Assembly: GCA_017881285.1 (NCBI GenBank)
Contig: JADGRD010000003.1
Location: forward strand, 1-28,758
DNA length: 28,758 nucleotides
Direction: 5' to 3'
Origin: Pseudomonadota bacterium
Lineage (GTDB): Bacteria; Myxococcota_A; Polyangia; Fen-1088
This document shows positions 7,622-16,159 of this stretch, piece by piece. The position numbers and the translations under genes were made by a program. The notes beneath the pieces are model-generated. The model did no database searches and was not told the origin of the DNA. It saw nothing but the letters and a program-made list of their open reading frames with translations. How positions within the stretch are numbered: the stretch's first letter is position 1; the number at the start of each line of letters is the position of its first letter.

Positions 7622-9217
7622 ATGGCCCCGCAGAAAAAGCGCATTTATCTCATCAACCCCAAGACCCCCGAGAACTTCTGGGCGATGCAGGGGACTCTCG
7701 ACATCGTGGGCCGGCACAAGACCCTGATGCCCAATGCCGCCCTGCTGACCCTGGCGGCCTTGACCCCGCCCGGGCTCGATATCGAGTACGTGTTCTGCGA
7801 CGAGAACCTCGCGCCGGCGCGCCTCGACCTGGCCTGCGACCTGGTGGCCATCACCGGCTATACGCTGCAAGCCGAGCGCATGCGGGCCTTGAGCGACGCC
7901 TTCCGCGCGCGCCATGTGCCGGTGGCGGTGGGCGGCGTCTTCGCGACCTTGGAGCCCCAGCGGGCGCGGTCCCTGGCCGACCACCTGTTCCTCGGCGAGG
8001 CGGAGCTGACCTGGCCGCGCTTCCTCGGCGACTGGCTGGCGGGGCGGGCCGGGCCGCTCTACCAGCAAGAGGAATTCATCGATCTCAAGACCAGCCCAGG
8101 GGCTGATCTGTCGTACGTGCACGCGTCCGACTACCTCTACTTCTCGGTGCAGACCTGTCGCGGCTGCCCCAATAACTGCGATTTCTGCGACGTCGTACGC
8201 CTGGTGGGCCGCAAGTTCCGCACCAAGTCCATTGCGCAGATCGTGCGCGAAGTGAAGGCCGCGCACGCCTGCGGCGCCGAGACGGTCTTCTTCTCGGACG
8301 ACAATTTTCTGGTCAATCGCGCCTTCACGGTCGATCTCTTGCGCGAGCTGGTCGCCTGGAATCGAACCTTGGGGAGGCCGCTGTCGTTTTCCACGCAGGC
8401 CACGGTGCAGATCGGCGCCGACGACGAGATCCTGAAACTGCTCGCCGACGCGCGCTTCAGCGTCATCTTCCTGGGGCTCGAAACCCTGCGCAAGGAATGT
8501 CTCGACGAGGTCAACAAGGGGCAGATGGCGTGCTTCGATCCGCGCACGGTCATTCCGCGCATCGGGAGCTACGGCATCATGCCCTTCCTCGGCATGATTG
8601 TCGGGTTTGACCATGACACCCCGGCGGTTTTCGGCGACATCGAGAGCTTCCTCGACGAAACTGGCAGCCCCATCGCCTCGATCAGCGTGCTCAATGCGCC
8701 CCGGCACACGGAGCTCTACCGGCGTATGCAGGCCGAGGGCCGCTTGCAGGAGGAATTTCGCGGCTTCTGGCACCTCACCACCAACATCGTGCCCAAGGGC
8801 ATGACGCTGCAAGAGTTGTATCAGGGGCACAAGGCGCTCTTCCAGCGGCTCTATGAACCCGAGCATTTCGAGCGCCGCATGATCAAGTGGCTGGGCAACG
8901 TGCGCTACTTGACCGACCTCTACTCGACGAAGAAGAAGACGCTCCACCGGCTCTTCCTCATCTTGCGGGTCGGGCGGCATTTCCTTTTCCGGGTGCCGCC
9001 GGTCGTGCGCCGCATGTTCTGGAATGTGGTCAAGTCCGCCTGGCGCACCAATCCGCGCCTCATCTCGCGCGCCGTCTCCGTGCTCGTGCAGTACTGGCAC
9101 TACTACGACTTCGCCCGCCGGGAAGCGTGGCAGAGGGCGGGGTTGGATGAGGGGCCACTTTATGCCTCGCCCTGCGCAGCGGGCGAGGGCGCGGCGAAGC
9201 CGCGGGGGCAGGGGTAG
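7622..9217 (+). CDS. B12-binding-domain radical SAM protein (BchE/HpnP-like superfamily, probable DUF4070-like C-terminus), 531 aa; start corrected to ATG 7622
   Basis: N-terminal IYLINPK...NAALLTLAALTP...DLVAITG...VAVGGVFAT is a cobalamin-binding-type Rossmann domain. QTCRGCPNNCDFC (CxxxCxxC), FFSDDNF, GLET, GMIVGFDHD. GGGAAGG lies upstream of the ATG. Confidence 0.92.
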   Translation: MAPQKKRIYLINPKTPENFWAMQGTLDIVGRHKTLMPNAALLTLAALTPPGLDIEYVFCDENLAPARLDLACDLVAITGYTLQAERMRALSDAFRARHVPVAVGGVFATLEPQRARSLADHLFLGEAELTWPRFLGDWLAGRAGPLYQQEEFIDLKTSPGADLSYVHASDYLYFSVQTCRGCPNNCDFCDVVRLVGRKFRTKSIAQIVREVKAAHACGAETVFFSDDNFLVNRAFTVDLLRELVAWNRTLGRPLSFSTQATVQIGADDEILKLLADARFSVIFLGLETLRKECLDEVNKGQMACFDPRTVIPRIGSYGIMPFLGMIVGFDHDTPAVFGDIESFLDETGSPIASISVLNAPRHTELYRRMQAEGRLQEEFRGFWHLTTNIVPKGMTLQELYQGHKALFQRLYEPEHFERRMIKWLGNVRYLTDLYSTKKKTLHRLFLILRVGRHFLFRVPPVVRRMFWNVVKSAWRTNPRLISRAVSVLVQYWHYYDFARREAWQRAGLDEGPLYASPCAAGEGAAKPRGQG

Positions 9218-9282
9218 GGCGTGTTGGACCCGAAGTGCTCGCAGGGCTGAGAGGCGGCCGAGCGCAGCGAGGTGGTGAGGGG
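9165..9282. repeat. Cluster of REP-like palindromic elements related to the 2251-2292 element
   Basis: cctcgccc (9165-9172) pairs with gggcgagg (9181-9188); a cgcggc-gaa-gccgcg hairpin follows, then gggggcagggg. A second copy, gagaggcggccgagcgcagcgaggtggtgagggg, lies at 9249-9282. Both share the GAGGG...GGTGAGGGG-type tail of 2251-2292. Confidence 0.55.
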
Positions 9283-9379
9283 TCAATGACCACGACCCCA
9301 TGCGCCTGGCGTGGGATAGATGGCGCTGGGGGCGCTTGCGCTTGGGCGAGGGGGCGTGCAGACTCCGCCCCGTTCGCAG

Positions 9380-10942
9380 ATGTCACGCATATCCCATGAG
9401 ATTCTCGAGCCCGTCGTGGTGGGGCCCGGCCCGCTCGATATCGATACCTTCATAGGAGTGGCCGTGCACGGCCGCAAAGTCCGTCTGGCGAAAGATGCCG
9501 CGTGGCTGCGGCGGATGGAAGCTTGCGAGGCACAGCTGGCGAAGGCGGTCGCCGACGGCACGCCCATCTATGGCGTGACCACCGGGTTTGGCAGCAACTG
9601 CGGCGCGCGGATCACGGGTGAAAGCGCGCTCGTCCTGGGCGAAGGGCTGCTGCGTTTTCACGGCTGTGGCACCGGGCCGGCGCTGCCGGTGGCGGCGGTG
9701 CGCGGGGCGATGCTCTGCCGCATCCTGTGCCTCGGACTCGGCTACTCCGGCGTGCGGGTCGCGTTGCTCCAGCGCCTGGTCGAGTTTCTCAACCATGGCA
9801 TCACGCCCGTGGTACCCGCGCAGGGCTCGGTCGGCGCGTCGGGCGATCTGACGCCCATGTCCTACGTGGCCGCGGCCCTGGTCGGCCAGCGCGAGGTGTT
9901 CTGCGCAGGCGAGCGTATGCCCGCCGCGCGCGCCATCGAACTGGCCGGGCTGCCTGCCTTCGCGTTCGCGGTGAAGGAACCCATCTCCCTCCTCAACGGG
10001 ACGCCGATCATGACCGGCGTGGCCATCATGGTCGTGGACCAGTGCCGGCGCATTCTCGCGGCGGCCACGCGCGCAACCGCCATGGCCGTGCACGCGATGG
10101 CGGGTCACGAGCACCATCTGCATCCCGTGCTCTTCGAGGCCAAGCCCTTCCCTGGGCAAGGTGCGGTGGCGGCGCAGTTACGCGCGCTGATCCGAGCCGA
10201 GGGCGACGTGCACGAGGCCGAGGTGCCCGAGTCGCTGCAAGACCCGTATTCTCTGCGCTGTGCGCCGCATGTCCTCGGCGTACTGGCCGACGCGCTGGTG
10301 TGGGTCGAGCGCTGGGTGGAAATCGAAGGGAGTGGGGCTTCCGACAATCCGCTCTTCGATCCCGAGTCGGGCGCGCCGCTCATGGGTGGCAATTTCTACG
10401 GCGGGCACATCGCCTTCGCCATGGACGCCGTGAAGGCCGCCGTGGCCTCGGTCGCGGATCTGTGCGACCGACAAGGCGCGCTGCTGGTCGACCCGCGCTT
10501 TAGTCGCGGGCTGCCGGCGCAGTTGGCCGTGCCGGTGGAAAACGGCTTTGTCCCGCGCCACGGATTCAAGGGCATGCAGATCACCCTCTCGGCGCTCACC
10601 GCCGAGGCTCTGCAGGCGTCGATGCCGGTGGCGTCGTTCTCGCGCTCGACCGAGTCGCACAACCAGGACAAGGTCAGCATGGGCACCATCGCCAGCCGCG
10701 AGGCCCTGCGCGTCTGCGAGTTGACCGCGCACGCGGTCGCGGTGCACCTGCTTGCGGCCGCACAAGCGTGCGAGCTGCGCGGTGGCTTGCCGGGGCGGCC
10801 GGCCATCGAGGCGGTGGTGCGCGCGATCCGCGGCATCAGCCCGGCGCTCGCCGACGACCGGCCCCTCGACAACGACATCGAGGCGGTCTACCAGGCCGTG
10901 GTCGGCGGGGCGCTCGGGCAGCCGGTGCCGGCGGAGGGATAG
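9380..10942 (+). CDS. MIO-dependent aromatic amino acid ammonia-lyase (HAL/PAL/TAL family), about 520 aa
   Basis: IYGVTTGFG, GSVGASGDLTPMSY (ASG forms MIO), LLNGT, QDPYSLRCAPHV, DNPLFD, GGNFYG, SHNQDKVSMG. The specificity segment is LLRFHGCGTG (Phe-His), not the Ser-His of HutH. The start is uncertain (9320 or 9380). Confidence 0.93.
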   Translation: MSRISHEILEPVVVGPGPLDIDTFIGVAVHGRKVRLAKDAAWLRRMEACEAQLAKAVADGTPIYGVTTGFGSNCGARITGESALVLGEGLLRFHGCGTGPALPVAAVRGAMLCRILCLGLGYSGVRVALLQRLVEFLNHGITPVVPAQGSVGASGDLTPMSYVAAALVGQREVFCAGERMPAARAIELAGLPAFAFAVKEPISLLNGTPIMTGVAIMVVDQCRRILAAATRATAMAVHAMAGHEHHLHPVLFEAKPFPGQGAVAAQLRALIRAEGDVHEAEVPESLQDPYSLRCAPHVLGVLADALVWVERWVEIEGSGASDNPLFDPESGAPLMGGNFYGGHIAFAMDAVKAAVASVADLCDRQGALLVDPRFSRGLPAQLAVPVENGFVPRHGFKGMQITLSALTAEALQASMPVASFSRSTESHNQDKVSMGTIASREALRVCELTAHAVAVHLLAAAQACELRGGLPGRPAIEAVVRAIRGISPALADDRPLDNDIEAVYQAVVGGALGQPVPAEG

Positions 10943-10947
10943 GCAGC

Positions 10948-11379
10948 ATGGCGGACGCACGCCGAACAGCCACGGTCGCTTTCAGCGTTCCTTTCGCCGA
11001 CGTGGACGCCATGCAAATCGTGTGGCACGCCAACTACCTCAAGTACTTCGACCTGGCTCGCGATCGGCTGTACTGCGACGCCGGGTTGGATCTCTACCAG
11101 GTGGCCGTGGACAGCGGGATGATCTTCCCCATCACGCGCACGCAGACCAAGCACGTCCGCCCCTTGCGTTTTCGCGACGAGGCCGTGTGCACGGCCACGC
11201 TGCTCGAGTTCGAGTGTCGCCTGGTCGTGGAATTCGAGATCCGCCTGGCCAAGGATGGGCAGCTTTGCGCCAAGGGCCGCACCGAGCAGGCCGCGGTACG
11301 GTTTGCCGATGGTGGCTTGGAACTGCGAATTCCGGAACCCATCCGGCGGGCGCTTCGCACTGTCGGCCATGACGGCTGA
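10948..11379 (+). CDS. Acyl-CoA/ACP thioesterase (4HBT/YbgC hotdog family), 143 aa; start corrected to ATG 10948
   Basis: VPFADVDAMQIVWHANYLKYFDLAR matches the DxDxxGxVxxxNYxxYF motif, with PLRFRD downstream. Confidence 0.9.
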   Translation: MADARRTATVAFSVPFADVDAMQIVWHANYLKYFDLARDRLYCDAGLDLYQVAVDSGMIFPITRTQTKHVRPLRFRDEAVCTATLLEFECRLVVEFEIRLAKDGQLCAKGRTEQAAVRFADGGLELRIPEPIRRALRTVGHDG

Positions 11380-13114
11380 CGTCTCCGTGGCTGGGGATCT
11401 GCGCCGGGCGCTCGCCGATGGCTGCGCCGCCGTCGGCGCCTGGGCCGAGGTTCTCGACCGCATCAACGTCTTCCCGGTTCCCGACGGAGACACCGGCCGC
11501 AACCTGGTGTTGAGCCTGGCGCCTCTGCGCGATGTCGGCGCCAGCGACCATGCCATTGCGGAGCGGTTGCTGCTGTCGGCTCGGGGGAATTCGGGCAATA
11601 TCGCTTGCGCCTTCGTGCGCGCGTTGCTGGATGGGGTCGCGGGCGCAAGCCTGGCCGCCCGCTGCGTGGTCGGAGCCGCCAGCGCGCGCAAGGCGGTCGC
11701 GGTTCCGCAGCCGGGGACCATGCTGACAGTGCTGGATGCGCTGGCGGAGGCGGCGAGGGCAGGGTTGGCGGCGAAGGACGTACCCTCGCTGCTCGGGCGC
11801 CTGTCGACCGTGGTGCGGGAAACCACCGGGCAGCTGGAGTCGTTGCGCAAGGCCGCGGTGGTGGACAGCGGCGCGCTCGGCATGCTGGTGTTTCTCGACG
11901 GGGCTCTGCGTGGCTACCACGGGCTACCTGAGCCTGGCGAGAGCCTGGCCGCTACTTTTCGTTCGCTGGTGCGCTTCGATCGTTCGCGAGCCGCCGGGCA
12001 TGAGGAGCACGGCTTCTGCGTTGACGCTGTCTTGCGCGTACCCGCGGGTGGCCGGCCGCCCGACGAGCAGTTGGCCCGCATCGGCAGCGAGGTTGTGGCC
12101 CTGCGCGAGGGTCCGCTGTGGAAGATCCACCTGCACGCCGGCGACGCGCAGGCGGCGCGCGCGGCCCTGGGTGAAGTCGGCGAAGTGCTCGCCTGGTCGT
12201 GGGACGATTTGCACGAGCAGATGTCGACAAGCCCGCCCGTCGCGGCCGAGGGAGAAGTGCATATCGTGACCGACGGCGCGGCCTCGCTCGCGCGCTCAGC
12301 GGCCGAAGCCTTGGGCGTGAGCCTGCTCGACAGTCTCGTCAATTTCGGCGGGCGATCACTGCCCGAGACGCGTCTCGACCCCGACGACGTTTATCGGGCC
12401 ATGCGCCGGGGCGTGCGCGTGTCGACGGCGCAGGCGTCAACCCACGAGCGCCACATGTGCTACGGGCGGCTTGTCGCGCAGTGGCAGCACGTGCTCTACC
12501 TGTGCGTGGGCTCGGTCTACACCGGCAACCACGCCGTGGCCACCGCCTGGCGAGCGTCGCATAAGTCGGGCGAGCGTCTGATCGTGCTCGACAGCGGCGC
12601 CGCCTCCGGCCGCCTGGCCGTGGTGGTGCGAGCAACGGCAATCGCCGCTCGGAGTGGCGTCGACATTGGGGACCTGACGGCCTTCGCCACCGCTGCCCTG
12701 TCGCGCGCCGAGGAGTACATCTTCCCCGATCGCCTGGAGTACCTGGCGCGCGGCGGGCGTTTGTCGAAGGCGGGCGCGTGGTTCGGCGACGCCCTGGGCC
12801 TAGCCCCCGTGGTTTCGCCCTTTCCCGACGGTGCCCGCAAGGTCGCGCTGCTGCGCAAGCCGGAAGATCGCCTGACCTTCGCTTGTCAGCAGGTGAAACG
12901 CGCCTTCGCCACCGGCTCGCGCCGCGGCTACCTCCTCGCCGAATACACCGACAATCGCGCCTGGGTGGAGGGCGTCCTGCTGCCGCGATTGCGCGCGGCC
13001 GCGCCCGAGGCCGAGCTCGCGGCGGGCCCGCTGTCCCTCACCACCGGCGCCCACACCGGCCCGGGAGCCTGGGCGGTGGCGATGCTGCCCGATTCGCCCG
13101 CGCAAGGTGTGTGA
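11369..13114 (+). CDS. DAK2 (FakA-like) / DegV (FakB-like) fusion, putative fatty acid kinase, 581 aa; start corrected to ATG 11369
   Basis: DAK2 motifs INVFPVPDGDTGRNL, ARGNSG, TMLTV and VVDSGA; middle domain GFCVD...KIHLH; DegV motifs IVTDGAASL, VSTAQAS, DSGAASG, LARGGRL and GAHTGPG. Confidence 0.88.
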   Translation: MTADVSVAGDLRRALADGCAAVGAWAEVLDRINVFPVPDGDTGRNLVLSLAPLRDVGASDHAIAERLLLSARGNSGNIACAFVRALLDGVAGASLAARCVVGAASARKAVAVPQPGTMLTVLDALAEAARAGLAAKDVPSLLGRLSTVVRETTGQLESLRKAAVVDSGALGMLVFLDGALRGYHGLPEPGESLAATFRSLVRFDRSRAAGHEEHGFCVDAVLRVPAGGRPPDEQLARIGSEVVALREGPLWKIHLHAGDAQAARAALGEVGEVLAWSWDDLHEQMSTSPPVAAEGEVHIVTDGAASLARSAAEALGVSLLDSLVNFGGRSLPETRLDPDDVYRAMRRGVRVSTAQASTHERHMCYGRLVAQWQHVLYLCVGSVYTGNHAVATAWRASHKSGERLIVLDSGAASGRLAVVVRATAIAARSGVDIGDLTAFATAALSRAEEYIFPDRLEYLARGGRLSKAGAWFGDALGLAPVVSPFPDGARKVALLRKPEDRLTFACQQVKRAFATGSRRGYLLAEYTDNRAWVEGVLLPRLRAAAPEAELAAGPLSLTTGAHTGPGAWAVAMLPDSPAQGV

Positions 13115-13148
13115 CCCTTCGCCTCGCCCACCACGAAGACACCTAAGG

Positions 13149-13184
13149 ACGATGGTCGTTTGGCGCCAACTCGCAGACCATCGT
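13149..13184. terminator. Possible hairpin between convergent genes
   Basis: acgatggtc (13149-13157) and gaccatcgt (13176-13184) form a perfect 9-bp stem enclosing the ttggcgccaa palindrome. No U-tract. Confidence 0.2.
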
Positions 13185-13276
13185 GCGCAACGGCACGTCG
13201 TGCGACGAGGTCAGGTCCGGGGCAGCAGCGGTGCAAATCCTCTTTGGCGGTCCGGGCGGGCCGGTGCCGCCGCCGA

Positions 13277-13804
13277 TCATACCCTGGCAGGCCTTGGTCG
13301 TGGTCGGCGCTTGCCGCTGCGCGGTCTTGGTCGCCGGGGCGGGACGGCAGGCGCGACGCGCAGATCGAACCGGATCTCGTGCGGATAGAGGATGCGCAGT
13401 GTCCGGATGCCGCGGGTACGGATGGCCGCGCCGCGAACCGCCGCGACGATCTGGCCAACGACGCCAGCGTTGGCCCACTTGCCTTGCGAGGTGAAGTCCT
13501 CGTGCACGGCAAGGTGCAAGACAAGTAAACAGGCACGCTTGTCCCTGGCGAACATGGCCACGCCGACCAGAGACGCGGGCGGCTCGGTTTCGTCGAAGGC
13601 GTACAAGGTTTGCAGCATGCCGAAGGCATCCACGCGAAAGCGCAGACAACCATCTTCCTCGACGATGGATGGCACCCCGTAGCGGTGAACGGAATCGAGC
13701 AGAGGCGCGGTGACGGAACTCTGCTCCGGATTGAAGAACACGATTCGCTCGAGCTCGTCGCGAAACGAAGCGGCAAGCACGGAAGAGAGTCGAATCTTAC
13801 GCAT
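13277..13804 (-). CDS. Hypothetical protein with degenerate GNAT-like motif, 175 aa; start corrected to ATG 13804
   Basis: GAAGGTG precedes the ATG. The globular-looking sequence includes VLHLAVHEDFTSQGKWANAGVVGQIVAAVRGAAIRTRGIRTLRILY, which resembles GNAT motif A/B; it ends in a Pro/Arg-rich tail. Confidence 0.65.
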   Translation of the reverse strand: MRKIRLSSVLAASFRDELERIVFFNPEQSSVTAPLLDSVHRYGVPSIVEEDGCLRFRVDAFGMLQTLYAFDETEPPASLVGVAMFARDKRACLLVLHLAVHEDFTSQGKWANAGVVGQIVAAVRGAAIRTRGIRTLRILYPHEIRFDLRVAPAVPPRRPRPRSGKRRPRPRPARV

Positions 13805-14129
13805 TGCATCACCTTCTTTGCCAGGACGTCGCGGGGAACTGCCTTCCGGTTTGCCGACCGAGGAACCGTCGGTCACTCGGAACGAAGTGTGCCCCATGAC
13901 CTCGGGACGAGGCTAGCTTACTCCAAGTTGGCGTGCTTGCCCCGCTGGAGCGCAATCCGGCTTTCGCCTGGGTGATGGCGCGAGCGAACAGAGCGTGCTC
14001 TCGCTGCGCATGGGTCCGGCAGCAGACTGGACCTGCAAAGCGGCAGTTCGAGCCTTTCTGGCCAGCCTTCCCGCACTCGCGCAAGGGGCGTGACAGGGGC
14101 ACCTTCTCCCTGGCATTCTACCTCTCCAC

Positions 14130-15365
14130 ATGTGTAAAGGACACCGCGTCGTCGTCACGGGAGTCGGCCTGCGCTCGCCGATAGGGCACACGCTCACGGC
14201 GCTGCGCGATGGCCTTCTCGCGGGCAGGAGCGGCGTGCGCGCCATGCCGGGGTGGGAGTCTCTCGACGGGCTGCGCACGCGCGTGGGCGCGCCCTGCGAC
14301 GGCATCGACACCAACGACATCCCGCGCAAATTCGCCCGCACCATGGGTCGGGTGGCGGTGCTGGCCGCACTCTCGGTGCGTGACGCGGTCGCGGACGCGG
14401 GGCTGCCGGCCGAGGTGGTGGCGTCCCCAAACTGCGGCGTGGCCTACGGCTCGACCGTGGGAAGCACGGCCTCGCAGGAGGACTTCCTGCGTCCCATCCT
14501 CAACGACACATCCATCCGCGGGCTTCTGGCCTCCACCTACTTGCAGTTCATGAGCCATACCTGCGCCGCCAACATCGCGCTCATGTTCGGGTGCAAGGGG
14601 CCGGTCATCGCCTCGTGCACGGCCTGCACCTCGGGCTCGCAGGGCGTCGGTATCGCCTACGAGCAGGTGCGCTTTGGCCGCGTGCCCATCTGCCTGGGCG
14701 GCGGCGCCGAGGAGCTGCACATCCTGCACGCCGGCATCTTCGACATCATGCGCGCCACCTCGGCGGGCTATGCCGACACGCCCGAGCGCACGCCGCGGCC
14801 GTTCGACCGCAAGCGCGACGGTCTGGTGGTGGGCGAGGGCGCCGCCTGCCTGGTGATGGAAGAGTACGAACGCGCGCGGAAGCGCGGCGCGAACATCTAT
14901 GCCGAGATCATCGGCTACGGCCAGGGCTGCAACGGCACCCACCCGACCAATTCCGATCCCGGCGGGATCTGCATCGCCATCAACGCGGCCCTGCGCGACG
15001 CCAAGCTGGCGCCGTCGGACATCCAGCACGTCAACGCGCACGCCACCGGCACCGACGTGGGCGACGCGGCCGAGGCCGTGGCCATCCACCGCATCTTCGG
15101 CGCCAAGGTGCCGGTCAGCGCGCTCAAGGGCTACTTGAGCCACACCCTGGGCGCCAGCGGCGCCATCGAGTCGGCCGCCACGATCGTGATGATGCGCGAC
15201 GGCTTCATGGCCGTGTCGAAAAACCTCGACGAGCCCGATCCCGCGCTGCCGCCCATCGACCATGTGCTGGGTAGCGCGCGGCAGGCGCCCATTCGCATCG
15301 CCATGAACAACAACTTCGCGTTCGGCGGCATCAACACCTCGCTCGTCTTTCGTGCGCTTTCGTGA
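14130..15365 (+). CDS. fabF: Beta-ketoacyl-ACP synthase (FabF/FabB family, ApeR-like), 411 aa
   Basis: RVVVTGVGLRSPIG, YLQFMSHTCAAN, CTACTSGSQGVG (Cys), VNAHATGT (His), KGYLSHTLGASG (His), RPFDRKRDGLVVGEGA, NNFAFGGINTSL. Family-level symbol. Confidence 0.93.
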   Translation: MCKGHRVVVTGVGLRSPIGHTLTALRDGLLAGRSGVRAMPGWESLDGLRTRVGAPCDGIDTNDIPRKFARTMGRVAVLAALSVRDAVADAGLPAEVVASPNCGVAYGSTVGSTASQEDFLRPILNDTSIRGLLASTYLQFMSHTCAANIALMFGCKGPVIASCTACTSGSQGVGIAYEQVRFGRVPICLGGGAEELHILHAGIFDIMRATSAGYADTPERTPRPFDRKRDGLVVGEGAACLVMEEYERARKRGANIYAEIIGYGQGCNGTHPTNSDPGGICIAINAALRDAKLAPSDIQHVNAHATGTDVGDAAEAVAIHRIFGAKVPVSALKGYLSHTLGASGAIESAATIVMMRDGFMAVSKNLDEPDPALPPIDHVLGSARQAPIRIAMNNNFAFGGINTSLVFRALS

Positions 15366-16159
15366 TGGATGAATCCGCGCCCTCGTGGCCAGAGCTGCGT
15401 GCGCGCTTCGCGGGCTGCGGGTCGGCCTTTGCGTTCGTCATCCCGGTCTTCAACCATGCGCGCAACGTGGGCCAGGTGGTCGCGGCCGCCGCGGAGAGCG
15501 GCGCGCCGGTCATCGTCGTCGACGACGGCTCGACGGACGGCAGCGCGGAGGCGGTCGCGGCCGTACCAGGCGCGACGGTGGTTCGCCATGAGAGGAATCT
15601 GGGCAAGGGCGCGGCCATTCTCACCGGGCTGGCGGCGGCGGCGACGCCCCTGATCGCTGCGCGATTCGCCATCACCGTGGACGCCGATGGGCAGCACCGT
15701 CCGGACGAGGCGCGCCGTTTGCTCGCGGCTCTGTGGCCGGGCACGGCCGCGCGACCCCAGGTTGCTCTGGTGCTGGGCGCGCGCACGGGTATGGACCAGG
15801 CCATGGTGCCCTGGTCGAGCCGCATGGGCCGCGGGTTTTCCGGATTCTGGGTGTGGGCCGCGGGGGGGCCGCGCGTCGCGGACTCGCAGTCCGGCTTCCG
15901 CGTGTACCCGGTGGCCGAAACCCTGGCGCTGCCCACCCGTGCCCGGCGCTTCGAGTTCGAAGTCGAGGTGCTGGTGCACGCGCGGTGGGCCGGCATCCCG
16001 ATTCGGGAGGTGCCGGTGTCCGTGGCCTACGAACCACCAGGCGGCCGGGTGTCGCATTTCCGCCCATGGCGCGACTTCGGGCGCAACTCGGCCACGTTCA
16101 CGCGGCTCATCGTTTCCAGATTCGTGCCGCGCGCGAGGGGAACCCGGCATGGCACGTGA
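15362..16159 (+). CDS. Glycosyltransferase family 2 (DPM-synthase-like), about 265 aa
   Basis: VIPVFNHA, VVDDGSTDG, NLGKGAA, TVDADGQH (DxD), DSQSGFRVYP, FEFEVEVL. GTGA overlap with the KS stop. Confidence 0.92.
   Translation: MMDESAPSWPELRARFAGCGSAFAFVIPVFNHARNVGQVVAAAAESGAPVIVVDDGSTDGSAEAVAAVPGATVVRHERNLGKGAAILTGLAAAATPLIAARFAITVDADGQHRPDEARRLLAALWPGTAARPQVALVLGARTGMDQAMVPWSSRMGRGFSGFWVWAAGGPRVADSQSGFRVYPVAETLALPTRARRFEFEVEVLVHARWAGIPIREVPVSVAYEPPGGRVSHFRPWRDFGRNSATFTRLIVSRFVPRARGTRHGT

Noticed and set aside
9380-10942. Annotation as hutH (histidine utilisation)
   Set aside because: The selectivity residues are Phe-His rather than Ser-His and no other hut genes are present, so the symbol is withheld.
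13209-13230. GGTCAGGTCCGG...AGCAGC resembling SRP RNA (ffs) helix 8
   Set aside because: Only 8 nt (TCCGGGGC) separate CAGG and AGCAG instead of the 10 nt with a GNRA tetraloop, and no long flanking helix is evident.
13229-13260. GGTGCAAATCC resembling the cobalamin riboswitch T-loop (tempting given two B12 enzymes)
   Set aside because: The upstream GGGAA and the downstream B12-box/ACTG elements are missing, the flanking stem does not pair, and the next gene is convergent rather than downstream.
13805-14129. 325-bp intergenic region with small hairpins (e.g. ggtccgg...ctggacc) as a possible riboswitch or sRNA
   Set aside because: No recognisable conserved riboswitch motifs; short GC hairpins are expected by chance. 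An Infernal/Rfam scan would be needed.
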